This document shows, in pieces, positions 1 through 12,217 of a DNA stretch of 64,000 bases. A model generated the notes under the pieces. It was not told the origin of the DNA, ran no database searches, and saw only the letters and a program-made list of their open reading frames with translations. Position 1 is the stretch's first letter, and each line of letters starts with the position of its first letter. Source of the DNA: Octopus sinensis (lineage: Eukaryota); NCBI RefSeq assembly GCF_006345805.1, contig NC_043011.1:30454464-30518463 (forward strand), given 5' to 3'. The translations under genes and the position numbers were made by a program.

Positions 1-1150
1 ATACACCAACTCATCTTATTGTAGCTTTTATCCATGAATTGTAATTATGATCTTAGTTGATCGAAGTTTTCAACTCACTATCTTATGTATTAAGTTGCTA
101 TAATTATATTTCCTATGCAGAATGCTGCTTTGGGGGGTATTTTCCATCAGCTATATAACTAAAAGTGTATATTTACGTGCACTGACATTTCTTTTAGGAA
201 AAAAAAGACACAAAAAGAAAACAAAACACGGAAGAAAAAACAAGACAAAATACATTTTCTCCTACTCACACAATCACTAACACATACTTTCACACACACA
301 CACACACACATCAAACACACACACACACGCGCACGCACACACACACGGGTAGATATACACATACAATCACGTATTCATATATGCATACAGGCCATACACG
401 CTGAGAGGGCAAAATAGTCGATTTCTCAAAAGATGTCAGTTACCACGTTCGAAAACATGAGTCGCTGTGGGAAAAATGGTCAAAAATAGTCGAAAAATCT
501 AATTAAAGATAAGCAGACGACCACCAGTTATGGAATGCTAAACGTATCTACTGTATTTCCTTCCTCACTTTTATTTTTCTTTGTATAAAATTCTTCCCAC
601 TTCCACTTTAAATCTTGTTTTCACGATCAGCTTTGAGTAAATATACATTGTTTCCCATCTCTAATATTATTCATTTCTATAATTATATAACCACAGTAGC
701 AACAACGTGTTCCTTTTTTATAATATTTTGTTGAGAGTTGTTCTTTTATTTAATATTGTTCTTTTATTTGCGTTACAATTGTTCAAACTTATATCGGACA
801 ACCAGGAAATTCGCTTTAATTTATTTCATTATCGTGTAGTCGGTTTAAATTAATGCTAAAGCCGTTCGATACTCAGGTAGAATCACGTCACGTTCATGTT
901 TGGAAAACACACGACCGCCAAAACCTAACCCCGATTTGAATGTTTTGATTCACAGGGGAAGTTCATCATAACTGGTGTGTATTTTGTCACCTTTGTTAAT
1001 GCATTCGGAGCATTCATTGTATCAAGCTTCCAACTTTGTTATGTATATATTCATAATGAATTCTAGTTAAAACAGAGCTGCCAGAAATATTGTGACCGTT
1101 GGTCTATTTACTGTTACCACATATTCTGTAATTAAGATTTTTTAAATACA

Positions 1151-1364
1151 GACGGCGAGTGGTCAGATTCGTTTGCCCGCCGGGTGATATGCTTACCGGC
1201 ATTTCTTTCATCTTTATACCCCGAATTCAAATTCTGTTGAGGTTGACTTTGCCTTTAATCCTTTCGGAGTTGATAGAATAAGTACCAGTTGAGCACTGGC
1301 GTCGATGTAATCTACTTACACCCTTCCCGTAATTGTTGGTCTTTTACCAAAATTTGAAACCAAT
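1151..1364 (+). mobile_element. tRNA-derived SINE family A (head ggcggcgagctggcaga, central gaggtcgactttgcctttcatcctttcggggtcgat domain), diverged copy
   Basis: Aligns by eye to >12 other copies in the window (e.g. 18879, 58576); B-box-like gaattcaaatt. Confidence 0.85.
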
Positions 1365-1390
1365 ATATTGCTTCATTATATGTTTACAGT

Positions 1391-1663
1391 TGGCCTAGTG
1401 GTTAGAGCTGCGGACTCGCGATCGAGAGATCGCGGGTTCGAATCTCAGACCAGGCGATGTGTGTGTGTTTACGAGCGAAACACCTAAGCTCCACGCGGCT
1501 CTGGCAGAAGGTAATGGCGAACTTCTGCTGACTCTTTCGCCACAACTTTTACTCTTTCCTCCTGCATCTTGCAGCTCACCTGTGACAGGTGGGGAACCTA
1601 TACGCCAAAGAAACCGGGAACCCGGCCCTTATGAGACAAGCATGGCTCGAAATAGGAACAACA
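1391..1663 (+). mobile_element. tRNA-derived SINE family C with (AAC)n-like tail
   Basis: A-box tggcctagtggtt, B-box ggttcgaatc; 13-bp TSD atatgtttacagt at 1378-1390 and 1664-1676. Confidence 0.9.
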
Positions 1664-2146
1664 ATATGTTTACAGTAGATTTTAACGAACGCCTTACTGC
1701 CACATCGCCTTCACAACAAAGCAAGCTCGAGGTTTCAATTTGGCGCCTTGGACTTCTGATTGCATGTCGAGTTATTTTATCTATTATTTGATCTATTTCA
1801 ACGTGACTCGGATCTGTCATTGTATTGGCCCTTCAGAAGTTTTTCTTGCTATCATTCTACTATGGTATATTCTAATTTTTATTTTAGACATGGTTGTATT
1901 GTTAAGAACCACACGGTTTCCCGGTTCGGTCTCACTGTGCAGCACTCCGAACAAGTATTTTTCTATCATGGCAATGTGTTGACCTCGTAATGGAATTTTG
2001 GAAACGAGATTGCATAGAATCGTGTAGCATATAAATCCGCTTATTGTAATTACAGATAATGCTACTACCTTGGCAGAAGGGAAGGAAGCCTCTTACCACA
2101 CTGCCACTGCTGCGCCTGTAATATATATAGATATAATATATATATC

Positions 2147-2180
<34 letters not shown>

Positions 2181-2325
2181 ATTATATCAATATATATATA
2201 TATATATATAATATATAAAATAATAATATATATATATATTATATATATATATATAGATAATATTTATTAGAGACAAACCACTACTTTGCAAAACAAACAA
2301 GGAAAGACTTCATCAATACATAAAA

Positions 2326-2372
<47 letters not shown>

Positions 2373-2373
2373 T

Positions 2374-2558
2374 AGGGAAAGTTTACGAAAAAAACAAAAG
2401 ACGAAGACAGGTGGTGTACAAAACAAAAGATGTATAGTATAACGCTCAGAATAGAAAAAGTCTTTTACGTTTTGGGCCTACGCTTTTCTACAGAAAGGTA
2501 CACAGAAAAAACAAGGAGAGAAAAAAATGTGTGTAATGGCTAACGATCTATCATGGCG
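2374..2558 (-). mobile_element. Short Penelope-like non-coding element (family H2) with decayed HHR-like motif, in (TA)n
   Basis: Reverse complement matches 17715-17900 and 30318-30443; motif cttt-CTGTAGAA-aagc gtag gccc-AAAACGTA-aaag at 2462-2497. Confidence 0.7.
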
Positions 2559-2562
2559 ACTG

Positions 2563-2620
<58 letters not shown>

Positions 2621-3007
2621 ATATTTTATTTATATACGCATATATACTTCCATACACACACATATCACATGACGACTCTTATCTAAAATAGATGAGACAT
2701 CACTTAATAAGCAACAGATAAATCGTTCAAGTAGCGCTGGATAGTGGGTTTATCATTATCAATCCAAAATGTTAAAAATATTGTATATTAAAGGTAGTAG
2801 TCGCTAATTCATTAGTCATGTAGCAACGAACTTTATTTCGCAATCATGTGACCTTGGGTCAGACTCTCTCTCTTTCTCTCTCCTCTCTCCCTCTATGTAC
2901 ATACGCACCTATGCGCACACACACATACATATTTAACACATACAATACACACACATTATATACATGTTTGACGTGTTAGCCTCTCTCTCTCACTCTCTCT
3001 CACTCTC

Positions 3008-3038
<31 letters not shown>

Positions 3039-3185
3039 CATACAATACATACATATATATATATATATTATATCTATATATATATATATAGATTATATAT
3101 ATAGATATATATATATATATAGAATAGAGAGAGAGAGAGAGAGACGCATATGGCATACGTTTTGTGTGTATTATACGTATGCCAA

Positions 3186-3414
3186 GATGGTGTGCTGGCA
3201 GAATCGTTAAGCACGCCGGGTAAATGCTTAGCGGTATTTCGTCCGTCTTTATGTTCTGAGTTCAAATTCCACCTAAGTCGACTTTTCCCCTCATCCATTC
3301 GGGCCGATTAGAAGAGAAACCCTAATTTAACACTAGAACCAACATATTCGATGACACCCCCCACTCCACAACATACCCCCAATTTCAGGTCTTCTACCTA
3401 TAGTACAAAGGATT
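3186..3414 (+). mobile_element. SINE family A copy
   Basis: gctggcagaatcgttaagcacgccggg...gagttcaaattcc...gtcgacttt. Confidence 0.85.
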
Positions 3415-3442
3415 ACGACCTGTCATATACACGTGTCTGTAA

Positions 3443-3478
<36 letters not shown>

Positions 3479-3759
3479 AAATGGGCGGAGGGCGGTTAAT
3501 ACAATGTGTAGATAGTAGCATTACGTAAGATAACAGCTACGGTACCAGCCAGATTTTCAGCTGTAACAGCAACACGCTGGAGTTAAAAATCAACAGAAGC
3601 CACGACATTTATTACATATCACAACAGCAGCACCACTACCTCCACCGCCACCACCACCACCACCACCACTACATCAATAAAAAACACAGCAACGACAATA
3701 AGAACAACACAAACAATAACCGTGTGTTGGGTGGTATCGTTGTAATGATCGACTAGCTG

Positions 3760-3880
3760 ACATTAAAGACCTGTCATAATGCAAAAATGAAAGACGGGAA
3801 ACAATGGAACGCGTTCAATGCGGACGCCATTAGTTTAAAGATGGACGACTTTCTGGTGTATAAAAATTTTGTCTGAATAG
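3760..3880. repeat. ~120-bp segment duplicated at 5994-6136
   Basis: acattaaagacctgtcataatgcaaaaatgaaagacggg...ctgaatag is near-identical in both places; the second copy has ~23 extra bp. Confidence 0.9.
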
Positions 3881-4068
3881 ATGGAGAGTTTTCTCTGAGA
3901 AACCTTAATTTGAAAGGCGTGTACTGGCATGTGCCGTGGCATATGTACCGGATGACAGTTGCATCTGATGAAGAATACATTTTGCGATATTCAATTCTTT
4001 ACTTTTGGCATTTCTTGTATTTCGTAATTTGGAAGTAGGTATATAGAAAGATAGAGTAAAAAGACAGA

Positions 4069-4114
<46 letters not shown>

Positions 4115-4189
4115 ACACATATATATATATATATATATATATTAATAAAGATATAGAGAAAGAGAATATAAGGAGATATAGACAATGAC

Positions 4190-4760
4190 AAACGAGAGAG
4201 AGAAACGAATATAATAGAAGTGTACTAAGGTAAAACAATAGAAGATATTTTTCGGAGAGAGGAGGTGGAGTAAATAAGAAGAAGAAGAAGAAGAAGAAAG
4301 ATAAGAATACGAAGAAGAAAAGAAGAAGAAGAAGAGAAGAAGAAGAAAAAAGGAGAAGAAGAAGACAAAGGAAAAGAAAAGGAAGACGAAGAAACGAAAG
4401 GAAGAAATGAAAAACAAAAAAAAGAAGAAAATGAGAAAAAGAAGAAGAAGAAAGAAGAAGAAGAAGAAGAAACAGAAGGAATAGAAAATGAAAGAAAAGA
4501 AAGAAGAAAAGAAGAAAAGAAAAGAAGAAAATGAAGAAAAAGAGAAAAAGAAAAGGAAGAAAATGAAGAAAAAGAAGAAGAAGAAGAAGAAGAAGAAGAA
4601 GAAAGGAAGGAAGAAGAAGAGGAAGAAGAAGAACACAACAATAAGGAGGAGGAGGAGGAGAAAAAGAAGAGGGAGAAATAGAGAAATGTTGAAGAAGAAA
4701 TGAGACAAGGAGGCTGGAGAGAGGAACACAGGGCAAGAAACCAACAGATATTAAGAGAGA
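4190..4760. repeat. Polypurine (GAA/GGA)n low-complexity tract
   Basis: Almost pure A/G on the + strand. Confidence 0.95.
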
Positions 4761-5384
4761 AAAGGCATATGTGAGAGGGAGAGAGAAGTGAGAGAAAAAT
4801 GAGATACAGAGTGAAAGAGAGAGGGGTGGATAGAGAGAATTAAAGAAATGCTTAGGAAAATATGAGAGTCAAGAAGGTTAGGAAAAGAGTCAAGGAAGAA
4901 ACCGACAGAGAGTAAGAATAAAGGCGCATGTGTATGTGTATGTGTGTGTGCGTGTGTAAATGAGTGAGAGTGAGAGAGAGAGAGAGTGAAAGAGAGAGAG
5001 GGAGGTAGGGAGGGAGCAAGAACACAAATAATTAGAAGCTATTCACCATGAAGAAGTCATCTCAGTACTACTACCACTATAACTACTACTACTACTATTG
5101 CAGTTGCTGCTGTTGTTGTTGTTGTTGCTGCTGCCACTACTGCTAGTTTTTATAAAGGGCACCTGATTCTCGTATCGGGTTAGGAGTATAGTACGTCACA
5201 TCCCCTCCTTATTACCTAAATGGCATTTATTTTATAAGACCCCGGGAGAATAAATGGCAAATTCGATCTCGTACAGATTTCAACTTCAACATAAATTGAC
5301 ATTACACTTCATTTTGTCAAGCACTAACGGTTCTGCCGATTGACCAAAATCTTTACCGATCCATCGTCACAAGACCACACATCA

Positions 5385-5935
5385 TTTCATTTTTGCTATA
5401 GGCGAAAGAGCTGAAATTTAGTGGGAGGAGGCTAGTCGATTATATAGACCCCTAGAGAGGATGAAAACAAAGTCGACCTCGGCGGAATTTGAACTTAGAA
5501 CGTAAAGACGGACGAAGTACCTATTTCTTTACTACCCACAAGGGGCTAAACACTGAGGGGACAAACAAGGACAGACAAACGGATTAAGTCGATTACATCG
5601 ACTCCAGTGCGTAACTGGTGCTTAATTTATCGACCCCGAAAGGATGAAAGGCAAAGTCGACCTCGGCGGAATTTGAACTCACAACGTAACGGCATACGAA
5701 ATACCTATTTCTTTACTACCCACAAGGGGCTAAACACAGAGAGAACAAACAAGGACAGACACACGGATTTAATCGATTATATCGACCCCAGTGCGTAACT
5801 GGTACTTATTTAATCGACCCCGAAAGGATGAAAGGCAAAGTCGACCTCGGCGGAATTTGAACTCAGAACGTAACGGCAGACGAAATACCGCTAAGCATTG
5901 GGACCGGCATGGTAACGATTCTGCTAACTTATGGG
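5385..5935 (-). mobile_element. SINE family A tandem multimer (3 body units)
   Basis: Repeated body aaagtcgacctcggcggaatttgaact, with the tail cctatttctttactacccacaaggggctaaacac present twice. Confidence 0.9.
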
Positions 5936-6314
5936 CCACATATTAAATGCATGTGTTATAAGTTAATTCGTATAGAGGTAGTTGCTTTGTGTAACATTAA
6001 AGACCTGTCATAATGCAAAAATGAAAGACGGGAACAGTGGAACGCGTTGAATGCGGACGCTATAAAGTGAATTTTATATCAGCCATTAGTTTAAAGATGG
6101 GCGTCTTTCTGGTGTATAAAAATTTTGCCTGAATAGTTTAGAATACTTTTACTTTTCTTAACTGATCTTTTTCTTCCTTTAGTTTGCAAAAATGAAGTAT
6201 TTTGTATGTTTCATTTGCACAAATATCTAGATGTCTACATTTTTATTTTCAAATGAAACATGAGTAAGTTGATGATAGCTGCCAAAGTTGACGATAGCTC
6301 TCCTTAGTTCTTTC

Positions 6315-6930
6315 AGTCTCACCCAACATAAAGAAAATCGGAGGAAAAACGCTTGCTATGGACACAGCTGATAGCTGGATGCGTTCTACAAATAATAGCA
6401 GACATCATAACTCTACAAATCTGCAATGCTCTAGAACTGGACGAGAGCGTACGGAGCAATTTTGTCACTCTACGTGCATCTTGGATGACCCCTGATGATG
6501 GCACCCCCGTGCCTGTGCAGGTAATCTCGAACCGGTAATACCCTTCTGTAGCACTGCCAGGCCAAAGTTTTCTTGAAATTATCCATGGGGTCTGACCGGA
6601 AATTCTTCCGGAGCCGACCAGCCAGTTAATTTTCATTAATACACAAAGTTTGCCATAGAACGTCGTCACTTTTGTCACAACTAATTTTATATGGACCATG
6701 CTACCTACCGCAGAGTCCGACTAGTAGAAGGCTACGATCGCTTGACGACATTCTAGATGTCATTCACCTTTTCATGGGTTTTGCTCGACCTAAAAAGGCT
6801 ACGATCGCTTGACGACATTCTGGATGTCATTCACCTTTTCATGGGTTTTGCTCGACCTAAAAAGGCAGGCTGTAGAAAAGCGCATCCCACAAACGGCGAG
6901 CAGTTCTTATTCAAACACACGAACAACTAT
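6315..6930 (-). mobile_element. Decayed Tx1/L1-like LINE ORF2 C-terminal (zf-RVT region) fragment
   Basis: Minus-strand translation gives PMDNF..TLAWQCYRRVLPVRDYLHRHG...HPRC...YALVQF, a degenerate form of the CCHC region after the RT; stops and frameshifts present. Confidence 0.7.
6728..6866. repeat. 67-bp tandem duplication bounded by aaggc microhomology
   Basis: 6728-6794 and 6795-6861 differ at one base. Confidence 0.95.
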
Positions 6931-8340
6931 TTTGAGAGAGAGCGATAGGTTGATTACATAAACCCAGTAATTGTCTGGTACTTTATTTTACCGATCTCGA
7001 AAGGATGAAATGCAAAGTTGACGTTAGTGGAATTTTAATTCAATGCCAGAATAAATGCTGCACGGCATTTTGTCAATCCAATAATATTTCTTAATTAGGC
7101 ACCAGGTGCTAGCAAAATAAAGACTCTTCACGTGATAATGATTAAATAAAGAAAAGGTAAGATGCACTTTTATTGCGAGTACGAATGCTTAAGAATGAAC
7201 GTTTACAGTTTTGCGGAATTTCTTAATATCGCAAGAGACTACATTCATTACTCACAGAACTGTTTTATCTGCTTTTCTGTTACCATAACGACTTCAGCGA
7301 TAAAAACCTTCTATAGGTGAGGTCGAAGAGGAAGCAGAACATCATGTTGTTTGTCGTTTTTGAGAATTCCATATCTCTGAGATCAAATCTCACAAGGACT
7401 TATTTTAATTTGTTTTTCTTTCTGGAATGATAACATCTACAAATATCAATATTTTAGAAACTCTGAGATAGCAGTAGAATGATTTTGTGTTGCGTTTCAA
7501 TTTTCTTAACATATTTAATACGACAGTATTGTTATTAGTTCTTTCTCAGTACGGAGAATGTGGTCGACTTAACCAAGTATCTGTAAATAATTCTAATAGA
7601 CACCTGTTGTTGCAATGCCTACACTTCCCGCTAGAAATAAAAGCCAAAATTTTCTCAAATCTCACTTTATTGTCTTAAAAGAACCTGTTTCATAATGCTG
7701 TCATGTTTGAATAAAAGATGTGATGTCGCGATTAGAACTCATCTAGAGTTAGGAAAAAAGCAGCAAAAGCTTACCTGAAAACTGGATACAGTATACATAT
7801 AGTAGCAGATGCAGTGCGGCATTTGTTCCGGAACATTAGGTTTTGAGTTCGGATCTCACTGAGATCAATTTTGTTTTTCATCGTTTCGTAATGGTTGTAT
7901 GTAATCGACTAACCCGTTTCCCTCAAAATTTATGGCCTTTTGCCTGAATCAGAAGTAACCACCGTTTGTTAAATGCGCTTTTGAACAGCATGTCTCTTTG
8001 ACAAGGTATTTTGCTTTTTAGTAAAACTAAAAGTACTTGACTACTGTCAACCAATTGTTACTTTCTAAAATTTGTAGCTTATCTTCTTTACTAGTTCTTC
8101 AAATCCTTAGTTCCCGTTAATTTTCAGTCATAGAAATAAATCAATGACGTTACGGCATCTAAGTATTTTAAACTCATGCTGTCTCAAAGGACGTGCAATA
8201 TATATGTACTTGAGAGGCCAATCCATCAGTATTTGTATTAGAACTATATCAAGAAAATCATTAATGCACATGAAAATAATAAATATTACCCAAACTTAGT
8301 AAAGTTTTATACTTTTCACAGTAATCATCTGTTACTGCTG

Positions 8341-8640
8341 TTTCTTCTTCTTCTTCTTCTTCTTTCTTCTTCTTCCAATCAGGACTCACGCCATTAGCCA
8401 CAAAGAATAATCTCTAATTCGAGCCTACTCTAAGCTATTAAGAATGCGTGTGGCAACTCCACCCAACACACGCGATAGACTGGCGGTTGCACGGGCGCGA
8501 AAGCTACGTTGTTATCCTCATTCTGTAAACGGTGGCTTTTAACGGGTGGAGAGCTGAACCATCCTGGGGTACAGAGGATTCGCAATCTAGACTAGGGTCT
8601 GAAAGTTTACCACACCATAGTGGGTTACACCATGGTTCCT
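8341..8640 (-). mobile_element. Putative retroposon 3' end with (GAA)n tail, family unknown
   Basis: GC-richer block ending, on the minus strand, in a (gaa)n run; no coding similarity recognised. Confidence 0.35.
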
Positions 8641-8726
8641 CTGCTTTCTGGCAGAAGTAGGAAGAAAGAATGAGAGAAAGTTGTGGTGAAAGAGTACAGC
8701 GGGGTTCACCCCCGCCCTTGCCGGAG

Positions 8727-8779
8727 CCTCATAGCGCGTTTTAACACTTTTCTGTTCCCAACTCTTCTTCTCTGTAACT

Positions 8780-8818
<39 letters not shown>

Positions 8819-8991
8819 TAACATGTATGTATATGTGTGAGTGTGTGCGTGTAAATGAGTACCCTAAAATATTAGCGAGAAAGGAACAAGTGCCTCTTCT
8901 CTTTGTAGGACGGCTTTAACATTTATAGATCGACATCTCCAGTTACAAAGAAGAGTTACGAAAAGAAAAGTGTTAAAACGCGCTATGAAGG
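8727..8991. repeat. Imperfect ~55-bp inverted repeat flanking a (TA)n/(TG)n spacer
   Basis: catagcgcgttttaacacttttct...gtaactgga versus tccagttac...agaaaagtgttaaaacgcgctatg. Confidence 0.8.
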
Positions 8992-9171
8992 TAGATGGAT
9001 AGGAACTACAGTAAGAAAATAAACTTCTGTTATTAGGTTGATTATTGCAAACTTCTTAAGGCACGTTTCTCTTCCTCTATTGATGTCTCCCCTAATTTTC
9101 AGTAGTCAATATGTGCAAAAATCTTATGCAACTTTTTCATGTCACAAAAATTATGGGCAGACTAAATATTC

Positions 9172-9547
9172 TGTTACTTGCTTCAGTCATTTTGACTGCG
9201 GCCATGATGGAGCACCGCCTTTAGTCGAGCAAATCGACCCCAGGACTTATTCTTTGTAAGCCTAGGACTTATTCTATCGGTCTCTTTTGCCGAACCGCTA
9301 AGTTAGGGGGACGTATACACACCAGCATCGGTTGTGAAGCGATGTTGGGGGGACAAACACAGACACACATATATGCATATATACGACGAGCTTCTTTCAT
9401 TTTCCGTCTACCAAATCCACTCGCAAGACTTTGGTCGGCCCGAGGTAATAGTAGAAGACACCTGCCAAAGGTGTCACGCAGTGGGACTGAACCCGGAACC
9501 ATGTGGCTGGTAAGCAAGCTACTTACCACACAGCCATTCCTACGCCT
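9172..9547 (-). mobile_element. tRNA-derived SINE family B (internal microsatellite; tail ggcggtgctccagcatggccgcagtcaaatgactgaaacaag), full length
   Basis: Reverse complement of 19116-19542. Confidence 0.92.
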
Positions 9548-10420
9548 AATGTATGAGTATAATTATTAAAACTACACGATTTTAGGCAACTAGCCTCTTC
9601 GACTGTTTATTCGTGCATATAACTAATTTTATTTGAGTGTTAGTTGCAAAACGCGTGGTTGATATGTATAGATGAATGTCTGAATCTAGTTTAGAGTGGC
9701 AGAAACAACTGTTGTAACTATACAAGAGAGGAGATGAAGGGAGAGAGGAAGAAAGATGAGCTGCATATCTGTAAGCTAAAGGTTGTGATGTGCTTGTAGG
9801 AATATTTACCAATAAGTTTAAAGCACTTGTTTTGAATGCGGTCTAAAACTGCTCTAAATATCTGTAAAGGAGCAAGCATCTTGAGAATAGTATTTCTGCG
9901 TTATTTCGTATTGCTAGTTTGGTTATTACATACTGTATTATTAAATCCAATGTTTTAATTACTGTAGTTCGAAAAAAACCTTATTACAAGTGTACTGCAT
10001 GTATTATTTTCACACATTCAGAATAGCTTCTTCCTGAATATTCAGAATAGCTGATTCATACATATTCAGAATAGCCTATTTTCTACGTATATACAATAAA
10101 CTTAATTCTACCCATGCAAAGTAGTTTATTTCTATACATACAAAACAGCTTATTTCCATACTCATAAAATGACTTATTCTTACACATTCAGAATAAGCTG
10201 TTTTTTCATGTTCAGTAAAGTATCTTTCTAACCGTTGAGAATAACTTGATTAAAGACTATGGTTTTTCTTTTGTTTTCGTTTTTTACTTTCACAAAATAA
10301 TTAGCTTTAAGATCTGCGTGCTATTTCTCTCTATTTAAAATTCACCAAATCTGTTTCCTATCACAGCATACATACATACACATGTTTGCACACATACATA
10401 CACACACCCACACCCACACC

Positions 10421-10451
<31 letters not shown>

Positions 10452-10454
<3 letters not shown>

Positions 10455-10703
10455 CCAATTAAGGACTGAACACGAAAAGTGGACAGTCAACATGCCATTC
10501 TCCACAGAAAGTCTATGTTCTCAGATCTGAGAACATAGACTTTTTGTGGAGAATGGCGATTTGACGTCTATATCTAGCATGTTGACTGTCCACTTTTCGT
10601 GTTCAGTCCTTAATTGGTATATATAAATATTTTAATCTTCGGATTCTTTCTTAATATGCTAGACCACTGGTTCTAATTGATAAATATCAATTTTTACCCT
10701 AAA

Positions 10704-10711
<8 letters not shown>
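10452..10711. mobile_element. Fold-back palindrome (centre agatct ~10525-10530) in (TA)n, Penelope-like
   Basis: 10452-10527 is the reverse complement of 10528-10623 apart from a ~21-bp indel; the 3' end aattttaccctaaatt resembles the end of the 16451-17419 element. Confidence 0.65.
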
Positions 10712-10746
<35 letters not shown>

Positions 10747-10816
10747 AGACCAAAGTGTACGTACGCCGCTATATGTATATGAAAATGAATACAAAAATGG
10801 GACAAGACGCAACATT

Positions 10817-10851
<35 letters not shown>

Positions 10852-10853
10852 AT

Positions 10854-10899
<46 letters not shown>

Positions 10900-10903
<4 letters not shown>

Positions 10904-11551
10904 TTTTGTACGATTCTCTAATTCTTTCATTCTTTCAGCCCCGCTCCCCCTCTCTCACATTTCTTGGCCTTCCATTCAGTCTCACTTTTCCTCCTCTTTC
11001 ACTTCACTCTGTCCCTTTTCTTTTTCTTTCTTTCTCGTCCCTCTCTAATTCTTCCATCCCTCTGCCTCTACCTCTCTCCTCTCCTTCCATGTGGCCGGTA
11101 TTCTGCCAAGCCTGATCTTTCTTTCTTGGTTCGACTACCATTCGTGCAACATGTATATTCCGTTCCATGTCTGCCATCTCTTATGTCCCTGTCGTAAGAT
11201 TTCACTTCCACACATACCAGCTTAATTTAATTCGTCCTTAGTCGAAAGACACCTGTTGTTAATGTCCTGTTGTTTGCAATTGTATTTGTGTACCGTCTTT
11301 GCTTTCGTCTACATTCGCTGCTTTCTTCCAAAGAATCTAGTACTCTCAGCTTAGATTTTCCTTGGGGCTGGCCAGATTGGAGCAGTATTGAATATAACCA
11401 GCCGAAACTGCAAATATGATCTGGAACTCGACTGAGGAAAGAAAACTCCGAATGACCCATCCTTGTTTTTTCTTGTCCTTTTTGTATCATCTAATTGTCT
11501 GGATGTTTTGTTGTCGCCTGTTGCGTTCTTGTCCCTTTTTTGTATTCATTG
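10900..11551 (+). mobile_element. Unclassified (TA)n-embedded element with an inverted copy of its 3' end at 10781-10815
   Basis: aatgaatacaaaaatgggacaagacgcaaca is the reverse complement of tgttgcgttcttgtcccttttttgtattcatt. Confidence 0.5.
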
Positions 11552-11664
11552 ATATATATGTATATATATATATATATATAAAACAAAGTGGAGTTTTAAG
11601 GTACCGCACAAGTGGAATTATATATAAAAGAAGGTTTGAAAATGCAATTTTAAAAGATGTTTAT

Positions 11665-11709
11665 TTACTTGACCGGTTTCACTTTTTAGAAAAAGATTGT
11701 CAAAAGTAA
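11665..11709 (-). ncRNA. Degenerate minimal type I hammerhead ribozyme
   Basis: Minus strand: TTACTT-ttgacaa-tctttttctaaaaagt-GAAA-CCGG-TC-AAGTAA; 6-bp stem I, palindromic stem III ACCGGT, GUC triplet; core mutated from CUGANGA. Confidence 0.6.
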
Positions 11710-11714
11710 CATGT

Positions 11715-12080
11715 AAAAGCTTGGTTGTGTTAGTAATTGTTTGTCACAAAATACTACAATACATATATACACATTCTTTGATAACAAGAACATGTTAAGA
11801 ACAGTTTACAAGGGAAAATCTTGGGAAAATATAAAAAAGTTTAACAAGTTCATCAAAATATTGGGCACAAAAGCTTGGTTGTGCCAGGTACTGGTTGTCA
11901 CAAAATATTACAATATGCATATACATTCCTTGATATTAAGAACATGTTGAGAACAGCTTACAAGGGAAAATCTTGGGAAAATATAAAAAAGTTTAACAAG
12001 TTCATTAAAATATTGAGCACAAAAGATTACAATATATATATATACATTCTCAAGAAAATGTTAAAGATAGTTTCCAGAAG
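11715..12080. repeat. ~153-bp tandem repeat, about 2.4 copies
   Basis: aaaagcttggttgtg at 11715 and 11869; caagggaaaatcttgggaaaatataaaaaagtttaacaag is repeated. Confidence 0.9.
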
Positions 12081-12217
12081 GAATTATTAAAAAGTTCAGT
12101 GGAATATTGGCATTGTATCTGTATAGATATACATACAGAATATTATAAGTTAAAAAAAGTTTACATTTTAGTAGTAGGGTAGCTTTAATTTGCCTGATTC
12201 ACCATGTTGTCTTTTAC

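Noticed and set aside
1391-1455. tRNA gene
   Set aside because: The tRNA-like head continues into a SINE body and tail with a TSD; the other A/B-box motifs are SINE heads too.
3999-4744. Poly-F/L/S/K ORFs
   Set aside because: Translation of the (GAA)n tract.
5385-5935. CRISPR-like repeated units
   Set aside because: These are SINE multimers; no unique spacers, no cas genes, eukaryotic context.
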